64,000 nucleotides of DNA, from the NCBI GenBank assembly GCA_041663045.1, contig JBAZRH010000001.1, positions 84,403-148,402 on the forward strand, given 5' to 3'. The first letter of the stretch is position 1. Each line of letters begins with the position of its first letter. The translations under genes and the position numbers were made by a program. The notes beneath the pieces were generated by a model that worked only from the letters and a program-made list of their open reading frames with translations, ran no database searches and was not told the origin of the DNA. Positions 55,598 through 64,000 of the stretch are shown piece by piece. This DNA comes from Minisyncoccota bacterium. GTDB taxonomy: Bacteria > Patescibacteriota > Minisyncoccia > Phycocordibacterales > GWA1-40-21.

Positions 55598-56020
55598 CTA
55601 TTGTTTAGCTGATTCAATATCTGAAGCAATAATGCCTTCTATTTCTGTGCATGATTCAGAATCTGAAAGATTTTCTTCGCAATTTAGTTTTTCAGCCAAG
55701 CCTTTTGCATAAAGGTCTAAGATACAGGCGTCATCTTGCTTATCTCCACAGAATTTCTGTAATTCGCTGGCTTTGACTATGAATTTATTATAGTTTGTGT
55801 CGCTGTCTGTTGTACACACCTCTACCGTTGGATCACACTCTGTGTGTAAATATATATTATAATCAAGACGGATATAATAGCGTATAAAACTTACAATAAT
55901 AGCGACTAATATAAAAAACAAAACCAACAATATAATGTAATCAACTTTTGGCTTTTCTTCTCTTTTCTCCTGCATACTTTGTATTATATTCCTTTTTATG
56001 AAAAGTAAAAGGGGCATCAC
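55598..56020 (-). CDS. Hypothetical membrane-anchored Cys-rich protein
   Basis: One TM helix (IILLVLFFILVAIIVSFI) followed by a Cys/Asp-rich extracytoplasmic region. True start may be the internal MQEK. Confidence 0.35.
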   Translation of the reverse strand: MMPLLLFIKRNIIQSMQEKREEKPKVDYIILLVLFFILVAIIVSFIRYYIRLDYNIYLHTECDPTVEVCTTDSDTNYNKFIVKASELQKFCGDKQDDACILDLYAKGLAEKLNCEENLSDSESCTEIEGIIASDIESAKQ

Positions 56021-56052
56021 TTGCGTGTGCCCCAGTTCTAGTCCCTTTCAGG

Positions 56053-56676
56053 CTAGGTTAGAAGTTTCCAAATCCAAACGAAACCAGCTTTTGCTACTCC
56101 GAAGAGGACGCCGTTTCTTGCACTCCAGTAAATGCAACCCACTAGTGTGCTCAAAACGAATACGGTGTAATCCTTGCCAGACAATCTTCCCCCAACCCTT
56201 CCACGAAGGATCGTTGTTGCCACAAACGAGTCTTCGACGATAGTTAGAAGGAAAAACGTTCCCAACCAGATAAGAATTCTGATTGAAAGACTGTAGAGAT
56301 CACGGTGATCTCTTGCTCTGGCCTTCACAAACCACTTGTCTGTGCGATCCCTCGTCTTCTTACTAAGAGTCTCAAAAGCATCAACGCCCAACCAGTCAAC
56401 TTCCTTTCTCTGATACCAAACCAGAAAGATAAAGTTGTTGATAAAGGCACTGATCGTCATCACGATAGACCCAATGACAATTCCTTTAACATTACCGAAG
56501 TGGTAGCTAAAGTATCCGATGACACCAAGCCAAATCGGATTGTCACAAACCCAGGTCCAGCATGAGTACAACCCGTAACCAGCCAAAATCCGTAACACTT
56601 TCTTCCAACTCTTGGAAGTGAGGTACAGAATGGCAACGCCGAGCATTATGCCAACGATATAAAGTGCGATTTTCAT
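56053..56676 (-). CDS. Hypothetical polytopic membrane protein
   Basis: Five to six hydrophobic helices. Strong SD (AAGGAGGTG) before the ATG. Confidence 0.45.
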   Translation of the reverse strand: MKIALYIVGIMLGVAILYLTSKSWKKVLRILAGYGLYSCWTWVCDNPIWLGVIGYFSYHFGNVKGIVIGSIVMTISAFINNFIFLVWYQRKEVDWLGVDAFETLSKKTRDRTDKWFVKARARDHRDLYSLSIRILIWLGTFFLLTIVEDSFVATTILRGRVGGRLSGKDYTVFVLSTLVGCIYWSARNGVLFGVAKAGFVWIWKLLT

Positions 56677-56889
56677 TCCGCACCTCCTTTTTTCTTTAAA
56701 TCATTGTGAAAGAACTTACTTTCCAAGAACACCTTGGATAACTACAAGTATAGCATATCTAAAGTATTTGTCAAGCTCACTTTCCAGAATAAAATCCTTC
56801 CAGACATCAACTTTTGGTCGATATCCAATAGATTGAGAAGAGGCAAAAGGTGATTTGTTTGTTCAAGTCGCCTTTTAAAATATAAAAAA

Positions 56890-58068
56890 CTATTTAATCT
56901 TTACAAAAAATCTCTTACCTTTCTGGATTATGTCACCCACTTTTACCGTGGCTTTTGGATCGGAGATTTCTGTCTGATTTATCTTTACACCGCCTTGCTC
57001 TATATTACGTCTTGCCTCTGCTCTTGAAGGGCAGAAACCAGCTTCTATCAAAACCGTGATAATGTCATTTACGGACGGCTTGAGCTCCTGCATTTCTGTT
57101 GGCACTTCTTTTTTTGAAAATGTGTTTACCCAATATTCCCCGGCTTTCTGTGCTTCTTTTTCTGAATGATAGAATTTGGTAAGCTCGAAGGCCAATTTCT
57201 TTTTTATATCACGAGGATTTACTCCGGATTCAAGCTCCTTTTTATATTGTTCGATAGTTGCCAAATCTACTCTTGTTGTAAAAGTAAAATATTTGATAAT
57301 CAATTCATCGCTAAGCGACATTGCTTTACCATACATATCATTTGGGGAATCAAAAAGATTGATAGTGTTGCCCCAGCTTGAGCTCATCTTTCTGCCGTCG
57401 AGGCCTTCTATAAGAGGGTTTAAGACGATATCTTGTGGTTCTTGTTTGTAGAGTCTTTGCAATTCCCTACCGGCTAGAATATTGAATGTCTGATCTGTGC
57501 CACCGACTTCAATGTCTGCTTCTGTCGCTACTGAATCATAGCCTTGCATAAGCGGATAGACGACCTCTCTCAACGAAACTCTTTTTCCTGTGTCGAGTCG
57601 CTTCTTTATATTTTCTCTTGATATAAAATCGCTGACAGAAAAAGCATTTGCTTGCATGCAGATTTCTTTGTAGCCGAGCTTGCCGAGCCATTTGCTATTG
57701 TAATAGATTTTGGCTTTTCTTAAGTTTAAGATTTTGCCGGCTTGCTTCGCATAACTTTTCATATTTTCTTTAACCTGCTTTTCTGAAAGCATCGGTCGCT
57801 CGCTTTCTTTGTCCGAAGTATCACCGATGACGCCGGTAAAGTCGCCGATAATGAGAATTATTTTGTGGCCGAGATTTTGGAAGTCGCGAAGTTTGAGGAG
57901 AGGGATGGACCTACCGAGGTGAATATTTGGACTCGTCGGATCTATGCCGTGCTTGATACGGAGAGTTTTACCACTTTTTAATTTTTTTGTGATTTTATCT
58001 TTGTCTATAACGCTTTCAACACCGCGTGTAAGAACCTCATTAATTTTTTCAGTGTCTGTGATTATCAT
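56890..58068 (-). CDS. tyrS: Tyrosine--tRNA ligase
   Basis: HGIDPTSPNIHLGR (HIGH). KMSSS (KMSKS). C-terminal S4-like domain. Confidence 0.9.
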   Translation of the reverse strand: MIITDTEKINEVLTRGVESVIDKDKITKKLKSGKTLRIKHGIDPTSPNIHLGRSIPLLKLRDFQNLGHKIILIIGDFTGVIGDTSDKESERPMLSEKQVKENMKSYAKQAGKILNLRKAKIYYNSKWLGKLGYKEICMQANAFSVSDFISRENIKKRLDTGKRVSLREVVYPLMQGYDSVATEADIEVGGTDQTFNILAGRELQRLYKQEPQDIVLNPLIEGLDGRKMSSSWGNTINLFDSPNDMYGKAMSLSDELIIKYFTFTTRVDLATIEQYKKELESGVNPRDIKKKLAFELTKFYHSEKEAQKAGEYWVNTFSKKEVPTEMQELKPSVNDIITVLIEAGFCPSRAEARRNIEQGGVKINQTEISDPKATVKVGDIIQKGKRFFVKIK

Positions 58069-58256
58069 ATGCTTAAGATTATATCAAAGTCTATGAATAT
58101 TTCCACAATACTATAGGAATGTATCGTGCGGATGTATTATGTGAATGTATACATGTATCATGTGTATAAATACGTAAATAATAACGCGACCGCGTTCTTA
58201 TTTACGTATAGTCTTACCTAATCTTACCGGGACGTGAAGTACATAAGTAATAAAAG

Positions 58257-58300
58257 AAAAGGCGCCCCCACCTGTGCACAGGTGGGGGCGCCCTTTCTGC
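58257..58300 (-). terminator. Intrinsic terminator downstream of dnaJ (perfect palindrome ggcgcccccacctg-tgca-caggtgggggcgcc, T-run on the minus strand)
   Basis: 14-bp GC-rich perfect stem followed by TTTTCTTTT on the transcribed strand. Confidence 0.8.
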
Positions 58301-58391
58301 TTTTTCTATTCTGTCATCCCGTACTTGATACGGGATCCAGGACATGAATCGAAGATGGATTCCGGCCTTCGCCGGAATAACAATACTTCTC

Positions 58392-59483
58392 CTAGAACCC
58401 CTCCTCTTTCAATTTCTCCACCGCCTCTTTTGCCTCCCTTGAAAGCCTATGCGGAAGCTTAATATTGATTTTTACCAGCAAATCACCCCTTTTTGAGGCG
58501 GAAATAGGCACTCCTTTGCCCCTAATTCGCAAGATTTCGCCGTAGGCGACCCCTTCCGGAATCTTAAGCTCTATATCGCCATCCAAGGTTTTGAGGCTGT
58601 ATTTTGAGCCAAGTAGAGCGTCGGAAATCTTGATGTTTAATTCAGTCACAAGGTTCTTCCCCTCCTTTGAAAACAGTGGGTCAACTTTCACATGAATCTT
58701 GATATAGAGATCACCAGAGATACCACCCTTGAGGGCTTCGCCTCCACCAGATAGGCGGATCACTTGCTCGTCGTCAATGTCTGCTGGGATTTTAATCTCA
58801 AGCTCACTTTCTTTTTTCAATATTCCCGCACCACGACATTCAGCACACTTCTCTCTAGGAACTTTTCCAGAACCACCGCAATTGTCGCAGATTTTTTCTG
58901 TCGCAAAGTTTCCAAAGATGGATCTCTTTGTTTCGCGTACTCTTCCGTGTCCATTGCAAACCGAACATTTTTCCATGCCAGTGCCTCTTTTTGCACCAGT
59001 ACCATCACAAGTATTGCATTTTGAAGTTTTCGTTAGTCGAATCTTCTTCTCGGCGCCAAAGATTGATTCGCTGAAAGAAATTTCCATATCAACAGAAATA
59101 TCCCTTCCTTTTTTCGGTGCACGTCTCGCACCTCCGCCAAAAATGTCTCCAAAGATATCTCCTAAGTCAAAATCAAAACCTTGTCCACCAGCCTGATTTT
59201 GAAAACCGGAAAAATCAAAACCAAAATCGCCAAAGCCACCTTGGCCGAAGCCGCCCGCACCTCTGCCACTGCCGGCAGGTCCTGCGCTTCCGTATGTGTC
59301 GTATTGTTGTCGTTTTGTATCATCGGAAAGTACCGAATAGGCCTCGCTTGCCTCTTTGAATTTTTCCTGATTTCCACCCTTATCCGGATGATGCTCGTGA
59401 GCGAGCTTTCTAAACGCTTTCTTAATGTCTTCTTTGGAAGCGTTTCGTTCAAGGCCTAATGTTTTATAGTAGTCTTTTGACAT
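58392..59483 (-). CDS. dnaJ: Chaperone DnaJ
   Basis: J domain (DYYKTLGL...HPDK). Gly-rich region. Four CxxCxGxG zinc-finger repeats. Confidence 0.9.
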   Translation of the reverse strand: MSKDYYKTLGLERNASKEDIKKAFRKLAHEHHPDKGGNQEKFKEASEAYSVLSDDTKRQQYDTYGSAGPAGSGRGAGGFGQGGFGDFGFDFSGFQNQAGGQGFDFDLGDIFGDIFGGGARRAPKKGRDISVDMEISFSESIFGAEKKIRLTKTSKCNTCDGTGAKRGTGMEKCSVCNGHGRVRETKRSIFGNFATEKICDNCGGSGKVPREKCAECRGAGILKKESELEIKIPADIDDEQVIRLSGGGEALKGGISGDLYIKIHVKVDPLFSKEGKNLVTELNIKISDALLGSKYSLKTLDGDIELKIPEGVAYGEILRIRGKGVPISASKRGDLLVKINIKLPHRLSREAKEAVEKLKEEGF

Positions 59484-59568
59484 TTTTGATTAATTTTAAT
59501 GATTTGACAATTCTTCTGTTATATGATACCCTTTGATTACTGATACGATTCAGAAGGGAGTGTTCAGT

Positions 59569-59760
59569 ATGAAGAATAAAACGATAGTTGTTGTAAGCCC
59601 CGAAGCATATCATAAAGGGATGTTGATTGGTGGAATCTTTGTTCTGGTTGTTGCTATCGTTATCGCAATCATGAACAAAGTTTCGTATCCAATCTACGGC
59701 CCGCTTGGGGTCTTGGCTGGTGTAGTCGGCGCTCATCTTCTTCGCAGGAGATTCAGCTAA
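59569..59760 (+). CDS. Small (63-aa) membrane protein encoded on the opposite strand between dnaK and dnaJ
   Basis: SD GAAGGGAG 8 nt before the ATG. Two hydrophobic helices. Strong terminator downstream. Confidence 0.45.
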   Translation: MKNKTIVVVSPEAYHKGMLIGGIFVLVVAIVIAIMNKVSYPIYGPLGVLAGVVGAHLLRRRFS

Positions 59761-59772
59761 CCATACCAGCTC

Positions 59773-59810
59773 GCCTGTGTCGAGGTCGTCCATGTGGCGA
59801 CCTCGTTTTT
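59773..59810 (+). terminator. Rho-independent terminator (cgaggtcg-tccatgtgg-cgacctcg + TTTTTTTATTT)
   Basis: 8-bp GC stem followed by a T-run. Confidence 0.8.
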
Positions 59811-59885
59811 TTATTTAATTTTTAATTTCCTGGACTCCCGTATTCACGAGAATGACAGAGGAGAAATAAGTAAGCGAGCGAAGTA

Positions 59886-59972
59886 CCAGGCTTTTTGGAG
59901 ACTCTCGGAAGGCGACGGCCTGAGAGGGAGCAAATTTTTAGCGAAAAATTATGCGTGCTCCAAAAAGTCTGG
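59886..59972 (+). repeat. Structured intergenic element, copy B (downstream of dnaK) of the 3-member family
   Basis: 15-bp terminal stem (ccaggctttttggag / ctccaaaaagtctgg, with one G·U in the plus-sense RNA) enclosing a core GAGCAAATTTTTAGCGAAAAATTATGCGTG related to copies A and C. Confidence 0.45.
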
Positions 59973-59986
59973 TATTGAGCGAGCCT

Positions 59987-61885
59987 CTATTTCTTCTCTT
60001 CCCCACCCTTCTCCTTAAACTCCGCGTCCTTCACATTATCTTCTTTCTTCTCTGTTGCCCCTTGCTGGCCGGCTTGATCTTTCTGCGCTTTTGCCATCGC
60101 TTCACCTATCTTTTGCATCTCGGCTGAAAGGGCTTCTGTCGCTGTTTTTATCGCAGCTGAATCCGTGCCGTTTTTGGCAGTCTTCAAAGCGGAAATCTTA
60201 TCTTCCACACCTTTTATAATTTCTGGTGTAATCTTTGCACCATTGTCTTTGATAGCTTTTTCTGCAGTGTAGATCATCTGGTCGGCAATATTTTTGACCT
60301 CCACTTCCTCTTTCTTTTTCTTATCTTCATCGGCGTGAAGCTCAGCTTCTTTTTTCATCTTTTCAATATCTTCTTTCTTGAGCCCTGAACTTGCCTCGAT
60401 TCTGATACTCTGCTCTTTATTTGTCGTTTTGTCTTTTGCTTTTACATTGAGTATTCCATTTGCATCGATATCAAAGGCGACCTCAACTTGTGGCATACCT
60501 CTTGGCGCAGGTGGTATTCCGTCTAGGATAAATTTACCGAGGCTTTTGTTGTCGCTCGCCATCGGTCTTTCACCTTGGACGATATGGATTTCTACAGAAG
60601 TCTGATTGTCTGCTGCTGTCGAGAATATCTGGCTTCTTGTTGTAGGGATTGTCGTATTCTTTTCAACCAAATGTGTTGCAACTCCGCCCATTGTTTCAAT
60701 ACCGAGTGATAGCGGAATAACATCAAGCAAGAGAACATCTTTGACATCTCCCCTCAAGATTCCTCCTTGTACTGCGGCACCGGCGGCGACGACCTCATCT
60801 GGATTCACAGACATATTCGGCTCTTTACCAAACAAATCTTTTACAGCTTTTACAATAGCTGGCATTCTTGTCTGACCTCCAACCATTATTATTTCTTGAA
60901 TTTCATTCATCTTGAATGGTGAAGCAGAAAGTGCTCTTTTTGTAATTTCTATCGATCTCTCAATCAAGTCCTTGATCAGGTTTTCCAAAGTCGCCCTTGA
61001 GAGTTTGATAAGCAAATGCTTTGGTCCGTCTGTGCCTGAAGTGACGAACGGAATATTGATTTCTGATTCGACAGCCGTTGAAAGCTCTATTTTGGCTTTT
61101 TCTGCAGCTTCGTCGAGCCTCTGAAGTGCAAGTGCATCTTTTCTCAAATCAATACCGTTTTCTTTTTGGAATTGTTCTGCCATCCAGTCAACGATTCTCT
61201 TGTCTATATCGCGACCACCGAGGTGTGAGTCCCCGTCTGTTGAGCGGACTTCGACGACGCTGTCGCCTATTTCAAGGATCGAGATATCGAATGTTCCACC
61301 TCCAAAGTCGTATACAGCGATTTTTTCATTTTTATTTTTATTGAGACCATATGCAAGAGCTGCGGCTGTCGGCTCATTTATTATTCTCAATACATTAAGC
61401 CCGGCAATCTGCCCAGCATCTTTTGTAGCTTGTCTTTGTGAGTCGTTGAAATATGCGGGAACGGTGATGACTGCGTCGGTGATTTTCTCACCGAGGCGAG
61501 CTTCTGCGTCATTCTTGAGTTTCTGCAAAATCATAGCCGAGATCTCCTCTGGCCTATAATTTTTTCCTGCCATGGCGACTTCTACTCCGCCGTTTGAGGC
61601 TTTCAAGACATCAAATGAAACGGATGCCTTATCTTTCTGCACTCCAGCATCGTCAAACTGATGACCCATAAAACGTTTTATCTGAAAGATTGTGTTTTTT
61701 GGATTTGTGACGGCTTGGCGTCTTGCAAGAAGACCAACAAGTCTTTCACCTGTCTTTGTCGTTGCGACTATAGACGGCGTTGTCCTCGCACCCTCTGCGT
61801 TTTCTAAGATTTTTGGAGCATTACCTTCCATAACCGCAACGGCTGAAAAGGTTGTCCCTAAGTCTATACCGATTATTTTACTCAT
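59987..61885 (-). CDS. dnaK: Chaperone DnaK (Hsp70)
   Basis: N-terminus [35 protein letters not shown]. Substrate-binding domain and acidic C-tail. Confidence 0.95.
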   Translation of the reverse strand: MSKIIGIDLGTTFSAVAVMEGNAPKILENAEGARTTPSIVATTKTGERLVGLLARRQAVTNPKNTIFQIKRFMGHQFDDAGVQKDKASVSFDVLKASNGGVEVAMAGKNYRPEEISAMILQKLKNDAEARLGEKITDAVITVPAYFNDSQRQATKDAGQIAGLNVLRIINEPTAAALAYGLNKNKNEKIAVYDFGGGTFDISILEIGDSVVEVRSTDGDSHLGGRDIDKRIVDWMAEQFQKENGIDLRKDALALQRLDEAAEKAKIELSTAVESEINIPFVTSGTDGPKHLLIKLSRATLENLIKDLIERSIEITKRALSASPFKMNEIQEIIMVGGQTRMPAIVKAVKDLFGKEPNMSVNPDEVVAAGAAVQGGILRGDVKDVLLLDVIPLSLGIETMGGVATHLVEKNTTIPTTRSQIFSTAADNQTSVEIHIVQGERPMASDNKSLGKFILDGIPPAPRGMPQVEVAFDIDANGILNVKAKDKTTNKEQSIRIEASSGLKKEDIEKMKKEAELHADEDKKKKEEVEVKNIADQMIYTAEKAIKDNGAKITPEIIKGVEDKISALKTAKNGTDSAAIKTATEALSAEMQKIGEAMAKAQKDQAGQQGATEKKEDNVKDAEFKEKGGEEKK

Positions 61886-62081
61886 AGTTAATATTTAATT
61901 TAAAATTAATATAAAGTGTTCCCTTTATATCGCCTGCCTCGGTTCGGAAATAAAAAAGATTACTCTTTTATTTCGCTCACCTTACGTTGGCGATAACATC
62001 CAAATTTTAAATTACCATATTTAAAAATCTGGATTAGATAGATTACAGCAGAAATTTCCTTCGGAAATTTCTGCTTCATTA

Positions 62082-62411
62082 TTAAAAAGTAGGAGCTCTG
62101 GGTTGCTGACAAGTGATAAAAGCTAAATCTTTTACAAGAGTTGAAATATAAGAAAAGAATGGGCTGACTATTGGTTCAATAGTTTCTCTTTCAAAATATG
62201 CAGGTAAAGCGAGGATAACTTCCTGATCAAAACATTTCTCACCAAGGATTTTTCCGCAGACCGCTTTTGCGACAATTTTTCCATTTACTTCAACCAATTC
62301 AAAGACAACCAAAGCCCACGAGCCATTTGGCAATTGGACCGCCTTTCTGATGTATTTTGCTTGCCACGAGGTTGATAAACTTTTCGTGGGTTGTGTTTGT
62401 AAAGCTAACAT
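62082..62411 (-). CDS. Hypothetical protein (109 aa) between grpE and dnaK
   Basis: ORF preceded by TTGACT, 15-nt spacer, TATAAT, with the -10 about 7 nt before the ATG (leaderless-type). No recognisable motif. Confidence 0.35.
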   Translation of the reverse strand: MLALQTQPTKSLSTSWQAKYIRKAVQLPNGSWALVVFELVEVNGKIVAKAVCGKILGEKCFDQEVILALPAYFERETIEPIVSPFFSYISTLVKDLAFITCQQPRAPTF

Positions 62412-62490
62412 TGGGTCAATTATAGCATATTTATATAGAAGTCAAATATTGGTTAATTTGTTGTATTTATTGATGAAATATGAAATTTGC

Positions 62491-62519
62491 TTGACAAAAA
62501 GAATGAATGGGTGTATAAT
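62491..62519 (+). promoter_or_regulatory. Perfect-consensus sigma-70 promoter (TTGACA, 17-nt spacer, TATAAT) driving the 51-aa hydrophobic peptide gene
   Basis: Both hexamers match consensus exactly with a 17-nt spacer. Confidence 0.6.
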
Positions 62520-62569
62520 ACAAGTAGAAAGATAAATCACCCCAGCAAGGTGGTTTAAGGAAGGATTTG

Positions 62570-62725
62570 ATGAAAGAGTTTATTTCTTCTTTTATTATCT
62601 GCTATGCAATTGGCTACATGCTGTACGTTCGTCCTCGGTATCAGAAGAAAAACATCTCAAAGGAGACAGACTTTCTTTTCTACGGGAGCCTGTTTATCCT
62701 GAGTGTATTCAGGTATTTGTTGTGA
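62570..62725 (+). CDS. Candidate 51-aa hydrophobic peptide (MKEFISSFIICYAIGYMLYVRPRYQKKNISKETDFLFYGSLFILSVFRYLL)
   Basis: Hand-translated. AAGGAAGGA SD lies 4 nt before the ATG. Consensus promoter upstream. Strong bidirectional terminator downstream. Two hydrophobic segments. Confidence 0.4.
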   Translation: MKEFISSFIICYAIGYMLYVRPRYQKKNISKETDFLFYGSLFILSVFRYLL

Positions 62726-62738
62726 CGACAAAAATCGC

Positions 62739-62790
62739 TGGCGTAATCGCCGCAACGGAGGAAAGTTCCTCTCGTTGCGGCGATTTTTAA
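62739..62790. terminator. Bidirectional intrinsic terminator (aatcgccgcaacg...cgttgcggcgatt, T-run on the plus side and A-run on the other) shared by the small peptide gene (+) and grpE (-)
   Basis: 12-bp GC-rich stem with an internal mini-hairpin, flanked by TTTTT and AAAAA. Confidence 0.7.
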
Positions 62791-62797
62791 TTATATT

Positions 62798-63421
62798 TTA
62801 TTTCTTAAACTCCCCCACTACCACCTTCGGAGCAACAATCACCCTACCATTCAAACTAAAGCCTTTTTTATTTACTTTAAGAATTATTCCATCTTCTTTT
62901 TCATTGCTCGTAGCTTTTAATTCGTCGGCGACATGATTCATCGGGTCAAATTTTTCTCCGATTGGGTCAAGCTCTACCAAGCCATTTTCTTTCAAGACTT
63001 TCATAAATTGAACATGGATGTACTCTACACCTACTCTCCAATTCTTATCAACTTTCTCCCAAGCTTCTTTATTTGAAAAAGCCATATCAAAACTCTCTAT
63101 CACAGTGAGTAGCTCGGCGATAAGATTTTCATTGGCGTATTTCACCGTTTCAACTTTTTCGCTCTCCATACGCTTTTTAAAATTCACAAAATCAGCACGC
63201 TCTCTCTGCCAGCCGTTCATGTATTCCTGCTTTTCTTTTTCAAGGATTTTGGCTTTTTCTTTGAGCTTTTTTACAAGAGCTTCAAGTGAATCATTTTCTT
63301 CGTCGAGAACTATATCAGAATCAGCTTGTTTGGCTGTTTTCTTGGCTTTTGTATCGTCTTCATAGACGATTTCATCATTGTTTCGTTTGTTTTTATCGTC
63401 TTTATTCATAAGTATGACCAT
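62798..63421 (-). CDS. grpE: Nucleotide exchange factor GrpE
   Basis: Charged N-terminus. Coiled-coil. Conserved GrpE core (ADFVNFKKR...LDPIGEKFDPMNHVA). Confidence 0.85.
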   Translation of the reverse strand: MVILMNKDDKNKRNNDEIVYEDDTKAKKTAKQADSDIVLDEENDSLEALVKKLKEKAKILEKEKQEYMNGWQRERADFVNFKKRMESEKVETVKYANENLIAELLTVIESFDMAFSNKEAWEKVDKNWRVGVEYIHVQFMKVLKENGLVELDPIGEKFDPMNHVADELKATSNEKEDGIILKVNKKGFSLNGRVIVAPKVVVGEFKK

Positions 63422-63569
63422 TTTATCATATTTTCGAGTGGAATCAAGAAATCTTATTAATTAACGGAGATCGGCTTGCGAAATGGTAATCCATTGAGCA
63501 AGCCGAGTTGTGTTCAGAAGTCCGCGGCGGCGGACCCTTTTACCGTAAAGAAAACCTGGTATTCAAAAA

Positions 63570-63602
63570 ATAAAACCGCATCATAAGCGGTTTTATTTTT
63601 TG
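63570..63602 (-). terminator. Intrinsic terminator downstream of rpsI (aaaaccgc-atcataa-gcggtttt + TTTTTT)
   Basis: Hairpin with a T-run on the transcribed (minus) strand side. Confidence 0.6.
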
Positions 63603-63610
63603 AATTTTTC

Positions 63611-64000
63611 TTAACGTTTTGACCACTGTGGGCTCTTTCTTGCTTTCTTCAAACCGAATTTTCTCCTTTCTTTTGCTCTCTGATCTCTTTCTAGGAAACC
63701 AAGCTTTTTGAGTTCCTTTCTTAGTTCAGGATCGTGCTTGATAAGGATTCTTGCAATACCGAGTCTAAGTGATTCTGCTTGTGAATTGAATCCCCCGCCA
63801 GAAATCATGGCTGTAAATGAGAACGTTAATGGGGATTTTAATTTTGTGATAGATTCATTTGCGATCAATCTTTGCTTCTCTGTCTTGAAATAGCTTTCTA
63901 TATCCTTACCCCCATTTATTTCAAAAGAATTTTTAGCAGACGGAACAGCCCTCACTCTTGCGATCGATGTCTTTCTTCTACCAACCGCTTCTATGTATTT
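63611..64000 (-). CDS. rpsI: 30S ribosomal protein S9 (N-terminus/start lies beyond the window end)
   Basis: C-terminus RRKFGLKKARKSPQWSKR. The in-frame upstream sequence encodes AVGRRKTSIARV, which is the S9 N-terminal signature, so the reading frame continues to position 64000 and beyond. Confidence 0.85.
   Translation of the reverse strand, partial: KYIEAVGRRKTSIARVRAVPSAKNSFEINGGKDIESYFKTEKQRLIANESITKLKSPLTFSFTAMISGGGFNSQAESLRLGIARILIKHDPELRKELKKLGFLERDQRAKERRKFGLKKARKSPQWSKR

Noticed and set aside
56700-56889. Possible gene remnant between the 56676 membrane-protein gene and tyrS
   Set aside because: Hand translation in several frames gives only short stop-interrupted stretches with no recognisable similarity. 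It was treated as ordinary intergenic or terminator sequence.
58069-58256. T-box riboswitch upstream of tyrS
   Set aside because: No T-box consensus (AATTAGGGTGGNACCGCG) or specifier-loop architecture is present. The region instead holds short iterons and palindromes.
63422-63610. CIRCE/HrcA operator upstream of grpE or dnaK
   Set aside because: Inverted repeats are present (gcttgc...gcaagc, gtccgc-ggcg-gcggac) but none matches TTAGCACTC-N9-GAGTGCTAA.
1-64000. CRISPR arrays, tRNA/rRNA genes, IS elements or prophage
   Set aside because: No regularly spaced direct repeats, no tRNA-like T-loop/acceptor structures in the intergenic regions inspected, and no transposase or integrase-like ORFs. 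The only repeat family found is the ~90-200-nt structured element reported above.

Overview
This is a low-GC window dominated by housekeeping genes, with small proteins and streamlined gene order consistent with a reduced-genome (CPR/Patescibacteria-like) bacterium using the standard genetic code. Recognisable genes include the rpoC 3' end, dnaG-rpoD, chorismate mutase plus prephenate dehydratase, an ABC-F ATPase, a UvrD-type helicase-nuclease fusion, uppP, rplU, pyrG, recR, dnaB, cysS, corA, ctpA, rplI, rpmA, gltX, murG-ftsW-mraY, a D-Ala-D-Ala carboxypeptidase, scpAB, a bacterial-type aspS lacking the GAD insertion, a SemiSWEET, trpS, tyrS, dnaJ, dnaK, grpE, and the rpsI 3' end. Three things stand out. 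The first (about 49.5-53.6 kb, minus strand) is a compact RiPP-like locus: a histidine kinase, then a 32-aa Cys-rich precursor peptide candidate (C-terminus CQCGCSC, not in the ORF track), then a leaky intrinsic terminator, then a radical-SAM/SPASM enzyme with a ~115-aa N-terminal extension, then a hairpin, then an HExxH protein. The second (13.7-20 kb) is a glycan-decoration locus in which a single 1154-aa protein fuses a class I methyltransferase domain, two sulfotransferase domains and a GT61-like glycosyltransferase domain, flanked by an OafA-like acyltransferase/SGNH protein and a DsbA-like protein. The third is a family of at least three related structured intergenic elements (31.4, 42.4, 59.9 kb) sharing a ~33-nt conserved core with covarying terminal stems, one carrying a ~95-nt insertion. 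Several genes have a -10 box only 7-10 nt upstream of the start codon and no SD (leaderless-like), while others have strong SDs. A number of sub-60-aa peptide genes with their own signals were found by eye. No CRISPR arrays, rRNA, tRNA or obvious mobile elements were seen.
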